A DNA stretch of 40,041 bases, from the IMG/VR virus record IMGVR_UViG_3300046390_000025, positions 1 to 40,041 of that record, one strand, 5' to 3'. Position numbers and translations under genes: made by a program. Position 1 is the first letter of the stretch, and every line of letters begins with the position of its first letter. Of this stretch, positions 25,327-32,340 are shown one piece after another. This stretch comes from a virus. A model generated the notes under the pieces. It saw nothing but the letters and a program-made list of their open reading frames with translations. It was not told where the DNA came from and made no database searches.

Positions 25327-27371
25327 CCCATTGGTAACCCCCCGCTCCCGTTCGGACTTCCAGTCGGCATTGACGGCCCAGCCCCTGCCGGCATCCCCGG
25401 CACCGGAGGAGCGGGCGGGGCAGCTGCTGCTGGTACCGCCCCGCCACTTGGCATTCCAGGCGGCATTCCACCAGGCGCCCCCCCCATTCCGGGAGGAGGG
25501 CCACCACGTAAATTCGCCATTGCGCCAGCCGCTTGTTGCTGAGCTTGCGCTTGCTGCTGCAGCCCTTTCATAGTCTGGGCGACCTTCACGATAAAAGGTT
25601 GAATCTGGGCCGCGTGCTGCTTCCAGTACTGCGGATCGCTCTTGGCCGCCTGGATATGCATCTGCATATGCTGCATAAAAGTTTGCATGAGCGGCGGCGG
25701 AATCGGGCGCTGATTCTGTTGACTCCACCCGATAAATCCGTCCTCAATCTGGAGATGAAGCAGATGATCATCCCGCGGCTTAACCTGCGGCAGAAACCCG
25801 TCCATCATCAGCGAATTCTCAATCGCCTGCTGCTCGGACTGATCCGCCTGGATGTCCTGCGGTTCCTGGTAAAGATCGCTGACCCATTGCGCATCCATGA
25901 GTTCAATGATCTTGCGATCGATCTCCGGAGTGACGATCCAGGGTGACCCTTGGCTGAGCTGCCGCAGCTGCATCAGTTTCTGGATCTCGCGTTCTCTGCT
26001 GTACCCGTCCACGCTGCCATTAGGTTTCAAGACGTACTTGTTGTCGAACGCCGCGTCCTTGAGCGTCAACCGCTGTTTGCGCCAGAAATAATCGAGACTT
26101 TCCCGGTCGTACTGCTTAAGCAGACTCCAGCCTTGCTCGAAAATCCGTGTCATCGCCCCTTTCAAGATCCGCGCCCGCAGATCGTTATTCTGCTGCATCA
26201 CGTTGGTGATGACATTAGTCTCAGTCGCTGTCTTATTGCCCTGCGGCTGATTGGGGCCAGCCACACCGAAGTCAGGAATCCCCACTCGCTGCTCGGCCAT
26301 CGAGCGGTTCGAATTAATCTCCTCATCAAAGGATACAGGAGGACCGGGTTGCTGGACCAGTTGCAAAACGGAATCGTAAACTGCTCCCGGCTCCCACCGA
26401 ATATTTTGCGCGTTAATCGATCCGCCCTGCGACGAGAGAACCGGCCGGTTGGCAATCGACATGAAATCGAGTTTCTCGTTCCAGGTCTTGCAGGCACTCG
26501 CCTCATACATTTGCACCAATTCACAGACACCCCGCGACGAATAAAACCCGCCATCGGTCAACTCGTACGGAACCAAAGTAAGCGGGACCTCTTTATGCTC
26601 ATAAGGCAACTTGAAATCACCTCGAGCCGGCTCGTCAGGCTGCAACGGACTGAAAGTCTTAACCTGGATCTGGCCGTCACTCTGGCGCAAATACACCTCC
26701 CACACAACAATCAGATCTTTGAGCCGTGAATAGGATAACCCTTCGGCCGTATAGCGATAGCGCTCGTATTTCTTATCCGGTTTGCCCTCGCCCGTAATCG
26801 AGTCGACGTAAGTCTCGTCCGTGTTAAATCCCTTGCCCTCGGCATCGCGCATGTATTCCTCGCGCGAGTACTGCATCACGTGCACGACCCGGTCAGCCTT
26901 CTGAAAATCAAAGGTCGCCCACGGCGGCATAATGATGAAATACGGATGCACGCTGGCAAACGCCAGCCGGTTGGCGGCCACGTCCCAATAGGTCTTGATC
27001 ACCCCCATGCCGTTCTGCAAACAGCTGTCAATTGCGCAGATCGCCTGCTCACTGAAATTGCTGATTTCCCGAACCTTGTAATCGAACCATTGAGCAACCG
27101 AATCGGTGTAACTGTCACCCTGTTCCTCCAGGCTGTAGAACGAAGCCAGGAGTTCCGGCCCGAAGATCCACACCACATAATAAGGCTTAAGCTTGCCGAT
27201 AATCGTATCCGCTACCGGCACATGCACATTGGCGGCTCCCGGCCAGGGCCGATTCGCCCGGCCAACCCCTTGCCCGCGCATCTTAGCCCAGAGAATCTGA
27301 CGCGCTTCCCACTTGGAGCGATCCTGCAGATCGTTGTTGATCTCCTCGTACAGCTCTGAGTTGTCTTCCAT
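25323..27371 (-). CDS. Portal protein (682 aa)
   Basis: RSKWEARQILWAKMRGQG...RPWPGAANVHVPVADTIIGKLKPYY resembles podovirus head-to-tail connector N-terminal motifs. Size and position fit. Pro/Gly/Met-rich C-terminal tail. Confidence 0.85.
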   Translation of the reverse strand: MEDNSELYEEINNDLQDRSKWEARQILWAKMRGQGVGRANRPWPGAANVHVPVADTIIGKLKPYYVVWIFGPELLASFYSLEEQGDSYTDSVAQWFDYKVREISNFSEQAICAIDSCLQNGMGVIKTYWDVAANRLAFASVHPYFIIMPPWATFDFQKADRVVHVMQYSREEYMRDAEGKGFNTDETYVDSITGEGKPDKKYERYRYTAEGLSYSRLKDLIVVWEVYLRQSDGQIQVKTFSPLQPDEPARGDFKLPYEHKEVPLTLVPYELTDGGFYSSRGVCELVQMYEASACKTWNEKLDFMSIANRPVLSSQGGSINAQNIRWEPGAVYDSVLQLVQQPGPPVSFDEEINSNRSMAEQRVGIPDFGVAGPNQPQGNKTATETNVITNVMQQNNDLRARILKGAMTRIFEQGWSLLKQYDRESLDYFWRKQRLTLKDAAFDNKYVLKPNGSVDGYSREREIQKLMQLRQLSQGSPWIVTPEIDRKIIELMDAQWVSDLYQEPQDIQADQSEQQAIENSLMMDGFLPQVKPRDDHLLHLQIEDGFIGWSQQNQRPIPPPLMQTFMQHMQMHIQAAKSDPQYWKQHAAQIQPFIVKVAQTMKGLQQQAQAQQQAAGAMANLRGGPPPGMGGAPGGMPPGMPSGGAVPAAAAPPAPPVPGMPAGAGPSMPTGSPNGSGGLPMG

Positions 27372-27374
27372 AAC

Positions 27375-27671
27375 TCAATGGCTGGAAAACGCTATCGATA
27401 CCTGGGTGTTGCCCTGGCTGCTCATCAGCGTCAGATACGCTCCGCGCCCGACTCCGCCCATCGCTACGTAATCGGTCTTGGCCAGCAAATAATTATTCAC
27501 GCTGCCGATTGACGCCGGATACTGTGGGTCAGCCGAAAGCCACACGTCACCCGGCCCGTAATTGCGAATGAAAATCCCGCCGCCCTCTTGACCGGAATAT
27601 TTTACCGTAGCCAAATCATTGGCCAACAGATTCACCGTGCAATGAACCCTGGGGCTAAGCGTCTGCGGCAT
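27375..27671 (-). CDS. 98-aa protein, paralog of 27919..28209
   Basis: MPQTLSPRVHCTVNLLANDLATVKYSGQEGGGIFIRNYGPGDVWLSADPQYPASIGSVNNYLLA aligns along its length with the 96-aa protein. Confidence 0.7.
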   Translation of the reverse strand: MPQTLSPRVHCTVNLLANDLATVKYSGQEGGGIFIRNYGPGDVWLSADPQYPASIGSVNNYLLAKTDYVAMGGVGRGAYLTLMSSQGNTQVSIAFSSH

Positions 27672-27675
27672 TATC

Positions 27676-27915
27676 TTAACCGGTTACCGTATCGCCCGGT
27701 TTGATAATCAACCGATTTTTACCGCGCGGCATCTGGGTAACCTTGCATTTAAAACAATTATTGGGCAAAACCGTGGTGACGCTCGTTACCAGGTCGCCCG
27801 CTATCGTCAATGCGCTGCCAACCGCTATGCCAGTCGCAGATGCCATCTTGAGATTCGCGGTGCCGTACAGCCGCCGGTTAAAGTCGCCGCGGATAATTGT
27901 CGTTGAAATGGCCAT
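27676..27915 (-). CDS. 79-aa protein, unknown function
   Basis: ORF tightly packed between the two paralogs. Confidence 0.6.
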   Translation of the reverse strand: MAISTTIIRGDFNRRLYGTANLKMASATGIAVGSALTIAGDLVTSVTTVLPNNCFKCKVTQMPRGKNRLIIKPGDTVTG

Positions 27916-27918
27916 AAA

Positions 27919-28209
27919 TTAGTTCTGAGTCAACGTTACAATTGTGCTCGCGGTGTCGGCGTTAGCGGTCAGCACCGAATTACGCGTTATCTTGCGAAAA
28001 ATAATCGAGTCGTTGAGCGCCAAAACCACGTTGTTCACGTCGCCGACTGTTGCCGGCTTAGTCGGATCGAAGCTAAGCCACGCTTTGCCGGGCCCCGTAT
28101 TTTTCACGTATATCTCAGCCCCGTCCTGGTTGCTTAAATTGACCGTGCACAGATCGTTTGCGGCCAGTGTAAGCGTCCGATGCATCCGAACTGTGACTGT
28201 CTGCGGCAT
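27919..28209 (-). CDS. 96-aa protein, paralog of 27375..27671
   Basis: MPQTVTVRMHRTLTLAANDLCTVNLSNQDGAEIYVKNTGPGKAWLSFDPTKPATVGDVNNVVLA. Confidence 0.7.
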   Translation of the reverse strand: MPQTVTVRMHRTLTLAANDLCTVNLSNQDGAEIYVKNTGPGKAWLSFDPTKPATVGDVNNVVLALNDSIIFRKITRNSVLTANADTASTIVTLTQN

Positions 28210-28215
28210 ACAGCA

Positions 28216-28389
28216 TTACCTTTCCTTTCGCACTTTCCTGCTTAGCCATAGAACGCATCCCGTACGCTCGTTTCTGACTATTTGCGTATTCTCGGTATCC
28301 AGCAGCTTAATCCACTTATCGGGATGCTCCCTGATCCAGGCTTTACGCTGCTTTTCAAGATAAGTCTCTGGCGGGTTCGTCTGCGGCAT
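28216..28389 (-). CDS. 57-aa protein (below the track cutoff)
   Basis: My translation: MPQTNPPETYLEKQRKAWIREHPDKWIKLLDTENTQIVRNERTGCVLWLSRKVRKER. Shares the start ATGCCGCAGAC with both paralogs. Confidence 0.5.
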   Translation of the reverse strand: MPQTNPPETYLEKQRKAWIREHPDKWIKLLDTENTQIVRNERTGCVLWLSRKVRKER

Positions 28390-28401
28390 ACGGCCCGAGA
28401 G

Positions 28402-28671
28402 CTAAGGCGCAATTGCGCTCGGCGCATTCGGCCGCGCTTCAAACCGGCAGATCATCATCGACGCGTTTTGCGCCGTGGGTGTAGTCCCTGCCGGGAACGT
28501 GCCAATGATCGAGTTGGGAGTTGCCCAAACGTAACTTGCCGCACCCAGATCACCGCTCCGAGTCGCGAACATCGTGGTAAAAAGCGCATCGATTGTGGTC
28601 GTACCCAAAATCGCCGTACCGGGGGCAGGCGCCGCTTGTGGTTCTGGTGCTTGTTGTTGTCCGTTGCTCAT
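28402..28671 (-). CDS. 89-aa protein. Start moved to the internal ATG 28671.
   Basis: MSNGQQQAPEPQAAPAPG... ATGA overlap with the stop of the 86-aa gene (28671/28668). Confidence 0.55.
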   Translation of the reverse strand: MSNGQQQAPEPQAAPAPGTAILGTTTIDALFTTMFATRSGDLGAASYVWATPNSIIGTFPAGTTPTAQNASMMICRFEARPNAPSAIAP

Positions 28672-28928
28672 ACTTTGATCAGAATGGTTGAGGGCGCCAC
28701 CGGCCGCGCCGTGATTTGGATATCCATGATTGTCTGTGCCTGCGGATCCTCTAACCCGGAGAGTTGCCAATTGACTTGCCAACGATCGGCGTACATCCGA
28801 ATAAATCGCGGCGGCTTTTCCGAATCAGTCAGCTCGGGACTGAAGCTGTACGTATTGTCCAAGAGATCCCGAAGCGTGCTATCCCAGGTCAATTCCTGCG
28901 GCGGGGGAAGTCCATTGCTCATCCGCAT
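28668..28928 (-). CDS. 86-aa protein, unknown function
   Basis: First ORF after TerL. M(RM)SNGLPPPQELTWDSTLRDLL... Confidence 0.6.
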   Translation of the reverse strand: MRMSNGLPPPQELTWDSTLRDLLDNTYSFSPELTDSEKPPRFIRMYADRWQVNWQLSGLEDPQAQTIMDIQITARPVAPSTILIKV

Positions 28929-28967
28929 TATGGAATAACAAATGCTGGCACGTTGCGCAAGCGCGTT

Positions 28968-30407
28968 TTATCCGCCCGTCCACGAACCCATATCCTCCAG
29001 TTGCCGTTCCAGTGCCCGATCACGCAGTTTGCTTCGTTCAAAGCCCTCATAGGCTTCATCAAGCTTTTCCCACGGATCCTGCTTGCGCCCCACGTATGCC
29101 GCAAAGTTCATTACCCCGTGACTGAAAGCGCCGATGACCGCATCAGCCCGATCCGGCGATTTAACCCCGCGAGCCGCCATATCGTCCTTCTTCTCGATTC
29201 CCAACCGGCCCCGGGCGTCCAGCGTGCTCTTGCGGCTGGTTAACTGGCTCACCAGCGTCGGATCATTAAGCAGCACCAGTTCGCCACGAGCTATCCGCTG
29301 GGCGAAACTATGCCAGACCTCGGCGCCGCGGGAAACGTAGTGATCTTCGTCGGTCGGCTTAACGCCAAACGAAAACCGGTTAATCGGCCAACCCGCGTCC
29401 CGGAGCATATCGCACATCGGTAGCCCCAAGCCGCCGGCATCACCCCAGATCTGCTCAGCGCGCAACCCAGCTTTGCGAAATTCCAGCAAGAACCGGCCCA
29501 CAATCGAGATCGCGTTGGTGTCATGCCAGCCAATCAGATCGAGCAACTTGTTACCGCTCCGAATAGCCAGCACGTTCTCATCCCGGCCTTGGGCAAAATC
29601 GCAGAACGCGGCATACTCGTGCCGGCTGATCCGGGCACCAGGCGGATTAGCGATCATCTTACGCAACGGCTCAAATGGCACGATAAAGCTCTCGCCCTCA
29701 GCCAGATCCATAAACTCGCCATAAATGCTTGAGCGAACCAGCGGATGGTTCTCGCCGTAGGTCTCGAGCATGTCGGCGATCTTTTCGGGCGCGATATGCG
29801 GACACTGTTCAAGGCTGATCTCAAAACAGATATGGTTCTGACGGTTCAGGCTGAAACAATCGAAGAACGTACCGGAACGCAAACCAGGTGAGCTGATCAG
29901 CAGCAGCACGGCGTAGCCGCACCGGTCGATTGCCTGGAAGATCTCGGCCGGAATCGACTTGGCTTCGTCCACGATCATTAGTAACGGCGCGCCCTTGGTG
30001 CCGTGATGACCTTCAACCCGGGCAGGTTCATCGGTGGTAAAGGCAATCAGGTTGCCCCCTTGCGGCGTGCGAATCTCGCGTTGTAAAAACTCCCAGTGCA
30101 CCAGATGCGGCGAGCGATATTCGAACAGGGCGCGCATCAATTGGGAATCAAGCTGACGCGAATCCGCACTAGTCAGCACCACTTTGCTTTTCGGGTAACG
30201 ATCAAGCCAGCGGCAGATCGCAAGCGGGATAACAATCGAACTTTTGCCCGAACCGTTTGGTGTCCGGACGGCAATACGTACACGTTCATACTGTGAGCCG
30301 AAATCGACCGCCTCCCCAATCTCGGCTTGCCACCGGTACAGGTCACGGTTCAAGACCATGCGAGCAAAGAGCAGGGGAGAATCGCGGAGACCTTTGGCGA
30401 GCTTCAT
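28968..30407 (-). CDS. terL: Terminase large subunit (479 aa)
   Basis: Walker A RTPNGSGKSS, Walker B LLMIVDEAKS, and a C-terminal RNaseH-like nuclease half (AAFCDFAQGRDE..., SPDRADAVIGAF). Confidence 0.9.
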   Translation of the reverse strand: MKLAKGLRDSPLLFARMVLNRDLYRWQAEIGEAVDFGSQYERVRIAVRTPNGSGKSSIVIPLAICRWLDRYPKSKVVLTSADSRQLDSQLMRALFEYRSPHLVHWEFLQREIRTPQGGNLIAFTTDEPARVEGHHGTKGAPLLMIVDEAKSIPAEIFQAIDRCGYAVLLLISSPGLRSGTFFDCFSLNRQNHICFEISLEQCPHIAPEKIADMLETYGENHPLVRSSIYGEFMDLAEGESFIVPFEPLRKMIANPPGARISRHEYAAFCDFAQGRDENVLAIRSGNKLLDLIGWHDTNAISIVGRFLLEFRKAGLRAEQIWGDAGGLGLPMCDMLRDAGWPINRFSFGVKPTDEDHYVSRGAEVWHSFAQRIARGELVLLNDPTLVSQLTSRKSTLDARGRLGIEKKDDMAARGVKSPDRADAVIGAFSHGVMNFAAYVGRKQDPWEKLDEAYEGFERSKLRDRALERQLEDMGSWTGG

Positions 30408-30799
30408 AAAGTCTGAGCTAATTGGACCGCGAACCGATGATTGCTAAGAGCTGCGGTCATTGTTGGCGCATAAAACACGGCATGAGCTGCCTCCTCAACC
30501 TCATTCACACTGTCAAGGTTAGCATCCTCATGAACAATCGTTGTCTCAAACCAATCGCTATCCGGCTGCTCATCAGCGAAAAGTGCCTGTTGGAAAGATG
30601 TGTCAACTATCCACGGCCCAATAAAATCAAGCGCAATGCTCGGAGTATATCCTTGGCCATCGAGAACTAGCGCGCACTGATCTGCAGTAATTGGCATGAT
30701 GTTTGCCGATTCATCAAGCACGGCATAAATCCCGCCTTCCTCATCCGGTGGGAAAGGATGGTTATTGAGCGCAGCGCGGAGACCTTTAGCCAGTTTCAT
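30404..30799 (-). CDS. 131-aa strongly acidic protein, translationally coupled to TerL
   Basis: About 20 Asp/Glu against 4 Lys/Arg by my count. ATGA overlap with the terL start. Its first 8 residues, MKLAKGLR, are identical to the TerL N-terminus. Confidence 0.7.
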   Translation of the reverse strand: MKLAKGLRAALNNHPFPPDEEGGIYAVLDESANIMPITADQCALVLDGQGYTPSIALDFIGPWIVDTSFQQALFADEQPDSDWFETTIVHEDANLDSVNEVEEAAHAVFYAPTMTAALSNHRFAVQLAQTL

Positions 30800-30814
30800 A
30801 GAACTTCGGACCTA

Positions 30815-30976
30815 TCACTTGGCATTTTCAGTTATGCGGGGGGGGGCTGGTCCCGGGCAAACAAGGGTAGTCTCAATCCCCTGCTTACCAAAACGGGTTG
30901 AAGTCAGTACTAGTAGTTCACCCTTTTCATTGACTGGATGGACTTTACCGCAAGCTGGACATATTTCTTCCGCCAT
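30815..30976 (-). CDS. 53-aa CPxCG zinc-ribbon-like protein (3-prime part of track ORF 30815..31231)
   Basis: MAEEICPACGKVHPVNEKGELLVLTSTRFGKQGIETTLVCPGPAPPRITENAK. Confidence 0.4.
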   Translation of the reverse strand: MAEEICPACGKVHPVNEKGELLVLTSTRFGKQGIETTLVCPGPAPPRITENAK

Positions 30977-31001
30977 GCCGCTAAGTAGAATAAATGAGTT
31001 T

Positions 31002-31361
31002 TCAGTTATGCGTCTGCCGTATTTCAGCCAGGATTCGCCCCTGGTTATCGAGCATCTGTTGCTGGTTGCGCGCGCTCGCCTGCAGCCCCTCAAGCACCGC
31101 TTTCTGCCGCTTTTCGAAATCGTCCAGGGCGTCACGCAGCTCGTGCAGATCCCGAAACGCTTGTTCCCGTGCCACATTGACCTGGGTCCGGGTTTCACTG
31201 GCATTGTTGTTTGTAGCCACCCAATTGCCAAGGCCGCTCAAGCCGACCAGCACCAAAATCCCAAACTGGATCATCTTGTCACCGCTCGTGGCTAGCTGCG
31301 TCAAGAGCGCGACCATCCCGTTCTTGGGTTGCGAATTATTTGGATTTGGTTGACTTGTCAT
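31002..31361 (-). CDS. 119-aa membrane-anchored coiled-coil protein (alternative start ATG 31316)
   Basis: The 3-prime part of track ORF 31002..31652 is plausible: MIQFGILVLVGLSGLGNWVA (TM), then REQAFRDLHELRDALDDFEKRQKAVLEGLQA. The upstream part of that ORF overlaps TerS out of frame. Confidence 0.55.
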   Translation of the reverse strand: MTSQPNPNNSQPKNGMVALLTQLATSGDKMIQFGILVLVGLSGLGNWVATNNNASETRTQVNVAREQAFRDLHELRDALDDFEKRQKAVLEGLQASARNQQQMLDNQGRILAEIRQTHN

Positions 31362-31821
31362 CAATGCTTTGATGCCCGTTGCCGTTGCCGAGCGCCGGCC
31401 GATACTTCTGGAACATTGAGGAGACGGCATCACGGATCGGGTTGGCCTCTTTCTCAATTGCCTTGGCTTCAGCGCTGGAAATCGAAATTGATAAGTTGTT
31501 CTGCGTGTAAGAGTTATTAAAGGACAGCTGGATCTCTGGCTTGGCAAATTGGGTTGGATATTTGCGCTCCAGAAACCAAGCTGCGCCCTGCCAGAAACCT
31601 TTAGCTGCCCAGATTTTCTTGCGGTAAATCGCCTCGCGTTTGAGCTCAGCAATTTTTATCGTTGGACAAAATGTTCCATTCCGCGCCCGTTGGATCGTCT
31701 TAGCGCTGATTCCGACAATTAGAGCTATTTGTTCGTCGGTAAAAGCGAGGAAAAAAAGCTCAGCGATTTGGGCTTGGATCGCAGGGGTTAGCTTAGTTGG
31801 GCGACCGATTTTTGGTTTCAT
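31336..31821 (-). CDS. terS: Terminase small subunit-like HTH protein (161 aa)
   Basis: MKPKIGRPTKLTPAIQAQIAELF...DEQIALIVGISAKTIQRARNG...FLERKYPTQFAKPE matches the common GRPxKxTPE...HTH...LER.xP TerS pattern. Confidence 0.65.
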   Translation of the reverse strand: MKPKIGRPTKLTPAIQAQIAELFFLAFTDEQIALIVGISAKTIQRARNGTFCPTIKIAELKREAIYRKKIWAAKGFWQGAAWFLERKYPTQFAKPEIQLSFNNSYTQNNLSISISSAEAKAIEKEANPIRDAVSSMFQKYRPALGNGNGHQSIDDKSTKSK

Positions 31822-32169
31822 CTAGCTTCCGTCGGGAGCATCTGCGCACCAGATAATTTCAGAAAGGCGAACCTCGATTCCGCGGTCAAAGATAAACGGA
31901 AGGGGCTTGGGTTGATCTACGATAAGGGTGCCCTTATCGTAGCCGCCCATCAACGTGACATAATCGCCATGGATTTTAGCAAAGGCGAACCGAATAATTG
32001 TGCCATCGGAAAGTTTAAGGGCGTAATCAAATTCATCGTAACAGGCTTTAAGGAGTGAAGGTGGATAGGCGCGACGGCAAACAAGGCAAAAATCTGCATC
32101 GTCCGACTGAGGAACGGGATTACAGCCACAGGCTGCGCACACTGGTTTTACATCGGTAGCATTTGTCAT
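31822..32169 (-). CDS. 115-aa CxxC...CxxC zinc-finger protein (candidate late regulator, by position only)
   Basis: N-terminus VCAACGCNPVPQSDDADFCLVCRR. Lies directly between the iteron array and terS. Confidence 0.6.
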   Translation of the reverse strand: MTNATDVKPVCAACGCNPVPQSDDADFCLVCRRAYPPSLLKACYDEFDYALKLSDGTIIRFAFAKIHGDYVTLMGGYDKGTLIVDQPKPLPFIFDRGIEVRLSEIIWCADAPDGS

Positions 32170-32201
32170 ATTGGTTTGAGGTCACATTGCGTTGTCTTAC
32201 A

Positions 32202-32331
32202 GTCCGACAAATCGGTAGTCCGATATCGGACCAAGCCGAGGTCCGATAAATGTCAGTTATTTGGTTTACCAAATAACATTTATCGGACTTGGTCCGATAT
32301 ATATTAATCGGACTTATCGGACTTATCGGAC
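32202..32331. repeat. Iteron / inverted-repeat array (candidate replication origin or regulator binding array)
   Basis: Nine copies of GTCCGA/TCGGAC in 130 bp: GTCCGA at 32202, 32218, 32241 and 32292; TCGGAC at 32226, 32283, 32308, 32317 and 32326. Perfect palindrome GTCCGATATCGGAC at 32218-32231. Nested 48-bp inverted repeat at 32241-32288. Tandem TTATCGGAC with 9-bp period at 32305-32331. Confidence 0.8.
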
Positions 32332-32340
32332 TGGCTCTGG

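Noticed and set aside
25171-25728. 185-aa minus-strand ORF overlapping the portal C-terminus
   Set aside because: Its first about 134 codons overlap the portal gene out of frame and are low-complexity. Only the last 51 codons are kept as a gene. They start at an ATG that forms an ATGA overlap with the portal stop.
32202-32331. Possible mini-CRISPR array
   Set aside because: The repeat units are only 6-9 bp with no unique spacers of 25-40 bp, and no cas genes are present. The architecture is iteron/palindrome-like.
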